This document shows positions 8,118 to 17,977 of a DNA stretch of 28,891 bases, one piece after another. Made by a program: the position numbers and the translations under genes. The first letter of the stretch is position 1; each line of letters starts with the position of its first letter. The notes under the pieces were generated by a model. That model was not told the DNA's origin, made no database searches, and saw nothing but the letters and a program-made list of their open reading frames with translations. The stretch lies in NCBI GenBank assembly GCA_019057865.1, contig JAHLWP010000043.1:1-28891 (forward strand), read 5' to 3'. This DNA comes from Promethearchaeota archaeon (GTDB taxonomy: Archaea > Asgardarchaeota > Lokiarchaeia > Sigyniarchaeales > SOKP01).

Positions 8118-8606
8118 TCATTGGATTCTTTCAATCTTATATTCACAATAATCTAAATTCAAATTTTCAAGACAACATTCATTTTCAGAAACAATTACCC
8201 TATATAGAGCAAATTCTCCAAAACCAGTTAATAAACCTGTTATAAAATAACAAAAGTATTTAGATTTATTTTCTAACTCTGATGATATATTATGATAAAG
8301 ACGTATAATGATCAAATCTTCAGAAACAAGTTTAGCACTCAATCGCCCCCACCCATGATTACTAAAAATGTTACAAAAATGATTTACTAAATCTTCTAAA
8401 GATTTTGGTTTTAGATTTTCATCCCAATTTTGTATAAATGTCCAACCTGCTTTTTTACCAAGCCAAACTAATAAAGATTTTACACCCTCACCATAAATTG
8501 ATGAAAGAATGTCAATTATTTGTGGAGGAAAAAAAACAAAACGATTATTAAATAATTCGTATTTGCCCTTATTATATTTTAAGCCTTTCAATTTCAAAGT
8601 TCTCAT
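8118..8606 (-). CDS. Stand-alone V4R (4-vinyl reductase / Bet3-like fold) domain protein
   Basis: LGKKAG, HGWGRL, CYFITGLLTG, ENEC...DYCEY pattern. Confidence 0.85.
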   Translation of the reverse strand: MRTLKLKGLKYNKGKYELFNNRFVFFPPQIIDILSSIYGEGVKSLLVWLGKKAGWTFIQNWDENLKPKSLEDLVNHFCNIFSNHGWGRLSAKLVSEDLIIIRLYHNISSELENKSKYFCYFITGLLTGFGEFALYRVIVSENECCLENLNLDYCEYKIERIQ

Positions 8607-8735
8607 AATAATTATCAGCTTTTTCTCTTATTTAATATTTTCTAACTTAATCTAATGAATATTAAGATTCAATATTTCTAGTGATTATATAAACCTAAGA
8701 TCTTTAAATAATTCTTTATAGAATTAATAAAGAAT

Positions 8736-9035
8736 ATGCTAGAATTCAATTTAACATTATTTGAGATTTTACTATTCTTAAGTATTTTTTTTTTAATGTT
8801 CATATATTCTGTGATATCAGCTGATTTATTAATTACGTTATTATCTTTTCTATTATATTTAATTCTTCTAATTCCATTATACTTTTTACTAGAAAAGCTA
8901 GAGAATTTAACATATATAAGCAACTTAAATAATATCTTTTTTGTTAGATTTGTTTTCTTTTGTTCGACATTAATAAATATCTTTATTGGAATATGCTTAT
9001 TTGTAGAGTTAGTATATCTCTTTTTTTTTGCTTAG
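8736..9035 (+). CDS. Small polytopic membrane protein (about 3 TM)
   Basis: Three hydrophobic segments; fits the gap between the V4R and TadC-like genes. Confidence 0.6.
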   Translation: MLEFNLTLFEILLFLSIFFLMFIYSVISADLLITLLSFLLYLILLIPLYFLLEKLENLTYISNLNNIFFVRFVFFCSTLINIFIGICLFVELVYLFFFA

Positions 9036-9057
9036 CAAAAACAACTTTAAGTTTTCT

Positions 9058-10584
9058 CTATACAAAATTCAATACATTCAATAATGAGATTAAAAAAGTT
9101 AAAATGAATATTATGTTCGCAACAATCACAATAAGAGGTTTCTTATTGTGATTAATAATTTTTAAAAAGTAATAAGAAGTAATTGAAATTATTGATAACA
9201 ATGATAGGAATATAATTATTATATCTTTGAAATATACTATATTAAAAAGAATATCTAATGAAAAATTATTACTTAATTGAATATTTTTATTTAACAAAAC
9301 AAAAAGAGGGAACATACCCCCTATAACCCCGGTGACGAGTGGTAGGAGAAATAAGAAAAAAAACACTTTAAATTTTTCTCCTTTTATTATTATTTCTAAT
9401 TTTGTTTCAAGTTTTTGATGTTTTGATAAAATAGCCAAGATGTCAAATATTTTTTCAGAAGAAAAAAAAGCATTTTGTTCAACAAATTTTTCAATAGCCT
9501 CTAAAATTATTTTGAAACGTATTGAATTTAATTCAAATTTTAAATTATTTATCATTTCTCGGAATGAACAAGAAATATTTAGAAGCAATGAAACTTGATT
9601 CTTTAAAGGGGCTTCTATCAAATCATAAAGTTTTCTATTTTGGGAATAAGATTTAAGAAAAGCACATTCAGGTGATATATTCCTTCTTAAATTATTAGCA
9701 AAGCTTTTTAAAAATAGAAGAAATTCATGAAATTTTTTTTTTTCTATTTTTGAATATTCGCCTATCAAACCTATTAAGTAATTATTTTGTTTTATAAACT
9801 TTTTAAATAATGAATTTAATATGAATAAGAAGAGAGGTATAGAAAGGATTGTAAAAATTAGATTAATCAGTTGGAATGAAAAAAGAAAACATAATCCTAT
9901 TGGAAAAAATAATCCTATAAAAAAGATTATACTTAATTTTGATTCGATATCTCTTAAATATATCTTAAATTTTCTTTCTAATGTATTGTCTTTAAAATCC
10001 ACAAATCCAGATTCATTATTAAAATTGGAGGTTAATAAATCTTTTAAATATCTATTAAAATCTTCAGAAGGTGTTAGAATGTTCATAAGCACTTTTTCTG
10101 GGAGTTCACCTTCATGAGTTCTTCTTAAAATTTCTTTAAAATTATCTGAAATTGGAAGATTATAATTTTTTATTAATTTTATGAAATTTATACAATAATC
10201 AGAATTTTTCTTTAATGATTTTTGGATCAGTGAAAAGTCTATTTTAATTAGAGAAAGCATTGCATTAATTATTGATTCATTTTTTTGTATTTCATTCAAG
10301 AGATAAACATTAAACTTATAAGATAAAATTAAAGAGAAAAGAAATGAATAAAATAAAATGATTAAAATATGAAAAAATGAGAAGATTGCAGAGAAAATAA
10401 CGAAAAAACTAAGTGAAATTAAAAATATTATAAAACTAGCTTTATAAATATCATCTTCACTAATATCATAAATATTATTATATATACTTTTATACCTGCC
10501 ATTTAATTCCTTAAATTTTAATTTGGGAATATGAGATTTATGAAATCTCCTACAAAAATAAAGATAACTCTCCATGAAATTCAT
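9058..10584 (-). CDS. Type IV filament platform protein (T2SS-F / TadB-TadC / ArlJ-like, two repeats)
   Basis: TM hairpins alternating with two soluble helical domains (HEGELPEKVL; RRNISPECAF); in an operon with a secretion ATPase. Confidence 0.75.
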   Translation of the reverse strand: MNFMESYLYFCRRFHKSHIPKLKFKELNGRYKSIYNNIYDISEDDIYKASFIIFLISLSFFVIFSAIFSFFHILIILFYSFLFSLILSYKFNVYLLNEIQKNESIINAMLSLIKIDFSLIQKSLKKNSDYCINFIKLIKNYNLPISDNFKEILRRTHEGELPEKVLMNILTPSEDFNRYLKDLLTSNFNNESGFVDFKDNTLERKFKIYLRDIESKLSIIFFIGLFFPIGLCFLFSFQLINLIFTILSIPLFLFILNSLFKKFIKQNNYLIGLIGEYSKIEKKKFHEFLLFLKSFANNLRRNISPECAFLKSYSQNRKLYDLIEAPLKNQVSLLLNISCSFREMINNLKFELNSIRFKIILEAIEKFVEQNAFFSSEKIFDILAILSKHQKLETKLEIIIKGEKFKVFFFLFLLPLVTGVIGGMFPLFVLLNKNIQLSNNFSLDILFNIVYFKDIIIIFLSLLSIISITSYYFLKIINHNKKPLIVIVANIIFILTFLISLLNVLNFV

Positions 10585-10596
10585 ATTAGAAATACC

Positions 10597-11019
10597 TTAA
10601 TAGCAATCAATAAATTGGACCTTTATTAGATGTAATATGAAAGAAACATTCAAGAGGTATGTTTTAGGCAAAATATCATGAAAAACATTGTAGATAAAAC
10701 TTTCATTGTAGAATATAATTATATATTGCGGTTCATCTCCAATAATAAAATCATATTTAGCATATTGATTATATAATGTTATATTCAGATTGGATGGATA
10801 TTCGATGGATTTAAGAAAGTCTTCTTCTGGGTTATCAATAACATGAAGAATGGCTTGATCCATCTCATCAATAAAGGATATATAATTTTCTATGTCATTT
10901 TTTTCATTATTATTAAATTCGGATATTGCTTCTAAAAATGGGCTAATTAGAGAAAAGAAAATTAATAAAATTAAAATTCCAAAACCTATAATTAATCCCT
11001 TTTCCAATAAGTTTGTCAT
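10597..11019 (-). CDS. Pilin-like protein (single N-terminal hydrophobic helix plus globular domain)
   Basis: N-terminus TNLLEKGLIIGFGILIL aligns with the mature Flp pilin encoded at 22998-23201; lies between the ATPase and platform genes. Confidence 0.7.
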   Translation of the reverse strand: MTNLLEKGLIIGFGILILLIFFSLISPFLEAISEFNNNEKNDIENYISFIDEMDQAILHVIDNPEEDFLKSIEYPSNLNITLYNQYAKYDFIIGDEPQYIIIFYNESFIYNVFHDILPKTYLLNVSFILHLIKVQFIDCY

Positions 11020-11035
11020 GTAATTTAATTTAAAT

Positions 11036-13219
11036 TTAAAAATTTAAACCTCGATTCTTTTTCCAGTTATTCCAAAAATTCTCAAGTATGTCATATGATT
11101 GAAAAGAATTATAAGAGATTCTATGGAAGAAGTTGATTAATTTATAATTATCAACCTTATTAATTTTGGAGATAAATGTGAAAATATCATTATATATTTT
11201 GATTATAAATGAGAAATTTTCTCTACTTAAATCTTCATATCTTCTCAATTCATTAACTATTTTGGTTTCGAAAAGAGGATTTAATAAAATCCATTTTTTT
11301 GATTCCGGATTATATTGAAATATATTGTTGTATAGCTTTTCTATCTTTAGGTTATCTCCAATTTCAGAAATCGAGATGATTTTTCTTTGATTGCCATCTT
11401 TTTTCATTAAAATAATAAGATCTAAATCATTTAAACATGATTTATTAATTTTAAAATGATGTACAAATCGGTTAATTAAAGAATCTATATTATTAGAATG
11501 GATTGTTTGAAAACCCCTTAATCCAGCGGCAAGACAATGAAACATCGCCTCTGCCTCTTCTTTAGTCAATATTTCACCTAAGTATATCATATCTGGTGAT
11601 CGGTGTAAGAGTGTTTTTATCTGACTACTTTTGGAATAATTCTCTTTTAATGAAGAATCATAAGAATCAACTTTATATTTTAACTGATGTTTTCCGAAAT
11701 TAAATTGATTTAAAGATTCCACTATATTTTCAACATAGATCTTTCTAAATTCTTTAGGAGTTAATAAATCTAATGCATTAATCAATGTTGTTTTTCCAGT
11801 ATCAGTTTCACCGGTAACAGTTATGTTTCTTCTTCGTAAAATATTAAAATATAAGAAAGTAGCCATTAATGGGTTTAGAGTTCCATTTTTTAATAAATCT
11901 TGAATATTAAGAATATTTTTATTCAATTTTCTTATGTCTAACGCAAAGTTATTCAATTGAATAGGTTCAATATCTAACGCAAATCTACAATAGAAAAATT
12001 TGTTTTTTAAAACAAGTTTTATACTAGGTTTCATAAAATCTAGTCTTTGACCACTATAGAGTCTTAATAATGTTTTTATCCTTTCTATCTCTCTTATATT
12101 AAATTTTATATTTGTTCGACATCGCCCATATTTTTGATGATTAATATAAATTTCATCGTGAGGAGAATCTAAGAATATTTCTTCAATAAAATCATCTATT
12201 AATAAAGGAAAGATTTTTTCTAAATTTAATCGTTTTAGAGCTGAAATAAAGGCAATCTTATTATTATCAATTTTAGAAAATCGATACTTTTCATTAAGAA
12301 TTTTTAAAGATTCTCGTTTATATATATTTATTAAATTTTCTAAGGGGATAATTTGATCAAAGTTAACAATATTTAAGCTATTTGATATATCTTGAATAAT
12401 TTTTTTAATATAATCCTCTTCTGATCTTGAATGGTAATTATAATGGACTAAATATTTATTTTCAGCCTCAAATGAAATATTAGAAATGTAAACCTGATAA
12501 AGATTATTTTTTCCAATCATATAAGTTTTAATTATTTCCTCCTGTTTTAACAGAGTGGGGTGCCTAAATTCTTGATCTTTTGCATGTAGTTGGAAGGATT
12601 TAGAAAATAAATTCTTATAAAAATTGAAACTGTCTTGAGATTTATCGCTTTCATATTTAAACTTATTGAGCAATTTAATAATTTTTAAGTGATTTAAGAT
12701 TTCAGCAATAGATTTTTCTAAGCTTTTTAAATAATTAACACAATTTAAGCAAAAATTATTAAAAATTTTATTTTCTTCTAAAAAAGAAATTCTTTTCAAG
12801 TGGGTATTATATACTAGAACTGGGTCATAGAACTCGAAATCATGTATTTTAACTAATGAAAAATAATCTGGAAAATTTTTACATTTAAATTCTTGATAAA
12901 CACATCTCTTTTTCCTAACATTTTCAATTTTTTGATTTATTCTTTTAATCTTATTTAATTTTTTGAAATAATCCAGAATTAAATCATATTGTTCAGGTTC
13001 AATTAAGATTTCATTTTTCGAAATTAAAATACAATTAAACTTGTTATTTTTGTTGATAAAGAGATTAAGTAATAAACAGTAAATACATGTTTTATTCTTA
13101 TAGAACTTTTTTTCTTTTTCAGAACATTTTTTGCAATCAATAATTAAGAAATTCTCTTTTTTACCTGCTAAATTTTCTTTTTCTTGAAAAATGACTCTTT
13201 TTTTTAGATTTATTACCAT
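11036..13219 (-). CDS. Type II/IV secretion ATPase (TadA/CpaF/ArlI/VirB11 family) with a Cys-rich N-terminal extension
   Basis: PLLIDDFIEEI, LDIRK, Walker A GETDTGKTT, RSPDMIYLGE, QTIHS, LDLII. Confidence 0.92.
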   Translation of the reverse strand: MVINLKKRVIFQEKENLAGKKENFLIIDCKKCSEKEKKFYKNKTCIYCLLLNLFINKNNKFNCILISKNEILIEPEQYDLILDYFKKLNKIKRINQKIENVRKKRCVYQEFKCKNFPDYFSLVKIHDFEFYDPVLVYNTHLKRISFLEENKIFNNFCLNCVNYLKSLEKSIAEILNHLKIIKLLNKFKYESDKSQDSFNFYKNLFSKSFQLHAKDQEFRHPTLLKQEEIIKTYMIGKNNLYQVYISNISFEAENKYLVHYNYHSRSEEDYIKKIIQDISNSLNIVNFDQIIPLENLINIYKRESLKILNEKYRFSKIDNNKIAFISALKRLNLEKIFPLLIDDFIEEIFLDSPHDEIYINHQKYGRCRTNIKFNIREIERIKTLLRLYSGQRLDFMKPSIKLVLKNKFFYCRFALDIEPIQLNNFALDIRKLNKNILNIQDLLKNGTLNPLMATFLYFNILRRRNITVTGETDTGKTTLINALDLLTPKEFRKIYVENIVESLNQFNFGKHQLKYKVDSYDSSLKENYSKSSQIKTLLHRSPDMIYLGEILTKEEAEAMFHCLAAGLRGFQTIHSNNIDSLINRFVHHFKINKSCLNDLDLIILMKKDGNQRKIISISEIGDNLKIEKLYNNIFQYNPESKKWILLNPLFETKIVNELRRYEDLSRENFSFIIKIYNDIFTFISKINKVDNYKLINFFHRISYNSFQSYDILENFWNNWKKNRGLNF

Positions 13220-13351
13220 TTAAAATTCTTTTAAAATGAAAAAATTTAAATAACACTATTTTAGTTATTCGCAGAAGTTTCTTGAGTAGTTCTTAAATGA
13301 AAAAATTTATTTATTTTAAAAAATTCATATCCAAAAGTTAAGTGATTATTT

Positions 13352-14371
13352 ATGGGTCATCGTAAAAAGCACGCCCCCAGACATGGGTCATTAGCATACC
13401 TTCCTAGAAAAAGGGCCATGCAAATAAAGGGTAGAGTAAGACATTGGTTAGATAATTCAGAAAATATTAATTTCCTTGGATTTGCTGGTTTCAAAGCAGG
13501 AATGACTCATATAACATATATTCAAGATCAAAGAAATAGTCCTTACTATGGAAAGGAATTAATGAAACCTGTAACAGCTATAGAGGTTCCACCTCTAATC
13601 CTAATAGGGATTAGAATATATAATAAAGATGAATATGGAAGATATATTAGTGGTGAAATATTCACTAATGATTTTAATAATTTCTTAACGAGAAAAATTA
13701 ATATCCCAAACACTGAAGGATATAATTTGAAGAAGATCCAAAAAGAGATATTAGCAAACTTAAATGAAACTAGTGAAATCAGAGGTATCTTTCAAACGCA
13801 ACCTTATAAAACTTCTTTACCGAGGAAGAAACCAGATATTATTGAAATCAAAGTAAACTCACTAAAAAAACCGGAAGAGGAGTTTAATTTCGCTTTACAA
13901 AATCTAGGTAAAGAAATTAGAGCTCGAGAAGTTTTGGAAGAAGGAGAATTGGTTGATGTAATTAGTGTAACTAAAGGAAAAGGTTTTCAGGGTCCTGTAA
14001 AGAGATTTGGAGTTAAAATCTTAACAAGGAAAAATAGTAAAGTAAGAAGAGCTGTAGCTTGTATCGGTCCTTGGCACCCAAGTAGAGTACTTTATACTGT
14101 ACCTCGTGCCGGACAATTAGGATTTCATCAGAGGACTGAATATCATAAAAGAATTATGCTGATAGGTGAAAATGAGGAGGAAATTAATCCAAAGGGAGGG
14201 TTTATCCGATATGGAAAGATACAAGGAGATTATTTATTAATGTTAGGATCCATTCCTGGATCAAAGAAAAGGTTAATCAGAATAAGAAAAACAATCAGAC
14301 CATTAAGATCATTCATCCTTCAACCTCCAGAAATTACTTTTATTAGCCGTGAAAGTCACCAAAGGAAGTAA
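13352..14371 (+). CDS. rpl3: 50S ribosomal protein L3 (uL3)
   Basis: APRHGSLAYLPRKRA, GFKAGMTH, TKGKGFQGPVKRFG, GPWHP, GQLGFHQRTE. Confidence 0.99.
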   Translation: MGHRKKHAPRHGSLAYLPRKRAMQIKGRVRHWLDNSENINFLGFAGFKAGMTHITYIQDQRNSPYYGKELMKPVTAIEVPPLILIGIRIYNKDEYGRYISGEIFTNDFNNFLTRKINIPNTEGYNLKKIQKEILANLNETSEIRGIFQTQPYKTSLPRKKPDIIEIKVNSLKKPEEEFNFALQNLGKEIRAREVLEEGELVDVISVTKGKGFQGPVKRFGVKILTRKNSKVRRAVACIGPWHPSRVLYTVPRAGQLGFHQRTEYHKRIMLIGENEEEINPKGGFIRYGKIQGDYLLMLGSIPGSKKRLIRIRKTIRPLRSFILQPPEITFISRESHQRK

Positions 14372-14393
14372 AATCTAAATATAATGTGATTTT

Positions 14394-15182
14394 ATGGACA
14401 AAATTAATATATATAATTTAGATGGAAAAAAAAAAGGACTGGTTGATAAACCACAAATATTTAATATTAAACCAAGAAAAGATCTTATTCAAAAAGCAAT
14501 AGAAATCTCTCAAAGTAGAAAAAAACAAATTCAAGGAAGAAATAAAAAAGCAGGATTAAAAAATACTGCAGAAAGTTGGGGGACTGGCCATGGGCTATCT
14601 AGAGCTCCAAGAATAAAAGGATCTGGATTTACTACTGCTAGACATGTAGGAAGAGTTCCATTTGCTGTAGGTGGCAGACGTACACATCCGATTAAAACCG
14701 AGAAAAATTTAAAAAAAAAGATAAACAAAAAGACAAATAAATTATCTATAATGTCTGCTATTTCTGCTTCTGGATATAAATCATGGGTTAAAGAAAGAGG
14801 TCATATAATAAATAATGTCCCTGAAATTCCATTGGTTATTGATGACAAAATACAATCAATTAAAAAAACAGCCAAAGCTTACTCAATTTTATGCAGTTTG
14901 GGATTAGAAGAAGAACTGGTTAAGAATAAAAATAGTAAAAAGATTCGAGCAGGAAAAGGAAAAAGAAGAGGACGCAAGTACAAAAAGAAAAGAGGAATAT
15001 TATTCGTCATTAAGGATGATTTTGGAATAATTAAAGCTTCAAAAAATATTCCCGGGATAGAGATAATAAAAATTGAAAACATATCAATCGATGATCTGGC
15101 ACCCGGAGGTTCATCAGGACGATTGGTATTATGGACTCAATCTGCTTTTTCTGAATTGAATCACTATGAGGTGCCAATTTAA
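14394..15182 (+). CDS. rpl4: 50S ribosomal protein L4 (uL4)
   Basis: AESWGTGHGLSRAPR, RAGKGKRRGR, LAPGG...GRLVLWT. Confidence 0.99.
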   Translation: MDKINIYNLDGKKKGLVDKPQIFNIKPRKDLIQKAIEISQSRKKQIQGRNKKAGLKNTAESWGTGHGLSRAPRIKGSGFTTARHVGRVPFAVGGRRTHPIKTEKNLKKKINKKTNKLSIMSAISASGYKSWVKERGHIINNVPEIPLVIDDKIQSIKKTAKAYSILCSLGLEEELVKNKNSKKIRAGKGKRRGRKYKKKRGILFVIKDDFGIIKASKNIPGIEIIKIENISIDDLAPGGSSGRLVLWTQSAFSELNHYEVPI

Positions 15183-15183
15183 T

Positions 15184-15447
15184 ATGGAGCGATTTTATAA
15201 AATTATTAAAAGACCTTTAATTACAGAAAAAACATTTGATTTAATTGAAAAAGAAAATAAGTTAGTTTTTATTGTTGACCGATTATCGAATAAAAACCAG
15301 ATAAAAAAAGCTTTTGAAAAAATTCATAATGTAAATGTAATTAAAGTTAATACAATGATCACTACTCAAGGAGAAAAAAAAGCGTTTATTAAACTTCATC
15401 CTGATAACTCTGCTCAAGATATTGCAATTGACTTAGGAATTTTCTAG
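15184..15447 (+). CDS. rpl23: 50S ribosomal protein L23 (uL23)
   Basis: PLITEK, ENKLVFIVD, VIKVNT, GEKKAFIKL; ATG at 15184 directly after the rpl4 stop preferred. Confidence 0.97.
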   Translation: MERFYKIIKRPLITEKTFDLIEKENKLVFIVDRLSNKNQIKKAFEKIHNVNVIKVNTMITTQGEKKAFIKLHPDNSAQDIAIDLGIF

Positions 15448-16566
15448 ATAAGAACTATTTTTAAGTGTTTTAAAATTAAAGGTTGAGAATTCATCGGGAT
15501 GCATTATCTTAATTTTCTTTAATAGTTTAAGCTCTTTAATTTCAAATAATTTATCATATTCTTTCTCATTTAATATTAAAATGTAGATAAAGTATTTAGA
15601 ATGATAGTGTTCAATTATTTTCCTTATTAAATTAGAATCCAACAGAGTTAATACTAAAAATATACACCATTGTTCGATAAATATTAAATGTTTACTTAAT
15701 CTTTTAAATTCAATTTGATTATTTAATAAGTTCAGTTCAAATTTGCTATTAAATGACATAAGTTCTGAAAGGGTATTTTGATCTTCAGACAAAAATAGAT
15801 CTTTTAAATCTTCTAATAAGTAAAAATTATCAGAGATTCCCAATCTCCATAAAAACTTGAAAAGATCTTTTATATTTATTTTTAACTTTTCCAATAAGGC
15901 TATATTAAAAAAAAGATTTACATTTTTTTCAATGCTATTTACATCTTCGTATAATTTATTCTCTTCTACAAAATAGGACAGAATTTTTATATTATCACTA
16001 AAATCTACTTTAATATGAAAAATCAAAAAACCGCTTCGATTATAATTATTAATTATATTTAGAAAACAATAGATAAAAGAAGTTTTCTCGTCAATTCTTT
16101 CCAAATTTATTCTATAGAAATCCAACCTTCTAGGATTCTTATTATCCTTAATTAGAATCGAGTCTGAATTTTTCGATATATGTATATTAGATTCAAAACC
16201 ATTTAGAAGTATAGCTAAAAATTCTTTTTCTAAATCGTTATTTCTTAAAAATTTAATTAAAATCCCATCTTTATTTAATGTTTCATAAACAATATTAAAC
16301 GATTTTGTAATCCTATCTTTTTCAATATCCTCAAAATTTATTACCACTATCTTTTTATTTTTATCTCTAGTATTCAATTGTATTGAGAAATATTTTATAT
16401 ACTTCTCAATTAGAAATTTACTCAAAATTGAAATTAATGGATAAAACTTTTTCACTTCAATGAAAGTAAACGCTATAAATTTATTAGGATTGATTAAATT
16501 CTTATAAAAAATTAAATGTTCATCAACTAAATATGATAATAATCCATATTTACCTTTTTTACCCAT
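15433..16566 (-). CDS. Hypothetical alpha/beta protein (377 aa)
   Basis: Long ORF with no recognised motif; 3' end overlaps rpl23 by 15 nt. Confidence 0.75.
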   Translation of the reverse strand: MGKKGKYGLLSYLVDEHLIFYKNLINPNKFIAFTFIEVKKFYPLISILSKFLIEKYIKYFSIQLNTRDKNKKIVVINFEDIEKDRITKSFNIVYETLNKDGILIKFLRNNDLEKEFLAILLNGFESNIHISKNSDSILIKDNKNPRRLDFYRINLERIDEKTSFIYCFLNIINNYNRSGFLIFHIKVDFSDNIKILSYFVEENKLYEDVNSIEKNVNLFFNIALLEKLKINIKDLFKFLWRLGISDNFYLLEDLKDLFLSEDQNTLSELMSFNSKFELNLLNNQIEFKRLSKHLIFIEQWCIFLVLTLLDSNLIRKIIEHYHSKYFIYILILNEKEYDKLFEIKELKLLKKIKIMHPDEFSTFNFKTLKNSSYLENS

Positions 16567-16657
16567 TTCGTAAATTATTTTAGCATAAATTATATAAACA
16601 TAGACATTTTGTTAAAATCAATATCAATTTTACTATAAATTAAATTATAATCTATTT

Positions 16658-17932
16658 ATGGTTATAAAATTGCTAGAATCTATTCGAGCATTTTTAACTA
16701 GTTTAAATCCAGATATCATAGTTCAAGCACCATCCAGAATTAATTTAATTAATCCATTAGATGCTGTAGAGGGAGATTTCTGGATGCCTTCTGTAGCAAT
16801 TAATGGAGAAAACGATCCTTTATCTGCTTTTCTTTATATCAAGAAAATTAACAATGAAAGTAGAGTAAAGTTGTTTAATATTAGAAAAAAACATCAAAAT
16901 TATGATTTTGAGATAATAAAAGAAGAAATCCTTCCTAAGAATAGGAATGATATTAAAAAAAAGAGCTCTGGAGAACTTAAATTAATATATGCAAGTATTA
17001 ATAAATTTCTTGAAATGAATTCATGTTTTAACTATAAGTTTTTAAATTCCAATATTGAAATTGGTTTTTTTACAACTATACCTAAACAAAGTGGATTGGG
17101 AGGGAGTACAGCAATAATAATAGCAATAATTTATGGTCTCGCTAAATATTTCAATTTATATAATAATTTAACAAAGTTAAGAGAGAATGAATTTCCTATC
17201 AATAAAGATACGATTGCTGAAATGGCCACAAAAATAGAAGATGAAGATTTGCAGATCACAGCTGGTTATTCTGATAGATATGTAATAAGCAGGGGAGGTT
17301 TATGTTTTTGTTCCTATTATGGTAAGTTAAATCATAAAAAACTTTCAATGGAACCTTTAGCAGTTTATGATAGAATCGATAAGGTATATAAGATAAATGA
17401 TTTGCCCATAATTGTTTGCTTCTCTGGTGTATTTCACAAAAGCGGCGATGTCCATGCAAGATTAAGGAAACTTTATCTAAAAAAAGATCCTAGAATCATA
17501 AATGGATATTTTAAATTAGCGGAAATATCTTGGAAATCGCGATTTGCTATAATGAAACAAGATTGGAAATTATTAGGCAAATATTTCAAAGAAAATACTG
17601 AAATAATGAATCAAATAATGAAAAATGCGGGTTTTGAATATGGTATTGGATTAGCAAATAATATTTTAATAAGAGTTATTGAAGAACACCCAGAAGTGTA
17701 TGCTGCTAAATTAACTGGAGCAGGAGGTGGTGGCTCAGTTTTTGCCTTAGTTAATCCTGATAAAAAGCAAGAAATTTTAAACTATTGGGAAAAAAAAGTA
17801 TATGAAATCATTGAAAATAATGATATTTTTTCTTCTGTTTTTCCAAATTTCCCATCTAATATTAGATTTAAGCTTAAAAATGCGAAGTTCTATAAAATCA
17901 TAATTGATAGAGATGGTGTGAAAAGATTATAA
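16658..17932 (+). CDS. GHMP-family sugar kinase (glucuronokinase / heptose-7-phosphate kinase-like)
   Basis: APSRINL, IPKQSGLGGSTA, GYSD, AAKLTGAGGGG. Confidence 0.9.
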   Translation: MVIKLLESIRAFLTSLNPDIIVQAPSRINLINPLDAVEGDFWMPSVAINGENDPLSAFLYIKKINNESRVKLFNIRKKHQNYDFEIIKEEILPKNRNDIKKKSSGELKLIYASINKFLEMNSCFNYKFLNSNIEIGFFTTIPKQSGLGGSTAIIIAIIYGLAKYFNLYNNLTKLRENEFPINKDTIAEMATKIEDEDLQITAGYSDRYVISRGGLCFCSYYGKLNHKKLSMEPLAVYDRIDKVYKINDLPIIVCFSGVFHKSGDVHARLRKLYLKKDPRIINGYFKLAEISWKSRFAIMKQDWKLLGKYFKENTEIMNQIMKNAGFEYGIGLANNILIRVIEEHPEVYAAKLTGAGGGGSVFALVNPDKKQEILNYWEKKVYEIIENNDIFSSVFPNFPSNIRFKLKNAKFYKIIIDRDGVKRL

Positions 17933-17977
17933 TCTATTAAAAATAAAATATATATAGATAAATACTGCAGACTTATT

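Noticed and set aside
8678-9151. ORFs 8678-8923 (-) and 8960-9151 (+)
   Set aside because: They overlap the better-supported membrane gene and the TadC-like gene and show no motifs
9821-10117. 98-aa plus-strand ORF
   Set aside because: Antisense within the TadC-like gene
9058-13219. Archaellum (arlI/arlJ) operon
   Set aside because: No archaellin, ArlH or ArlF/G recognisable; the pilin in the window is Flp-type
14531-15082. Two minus-strand ORFs in rpl4
   Set aside because: Antisense shadows of a conserved r-protein gene
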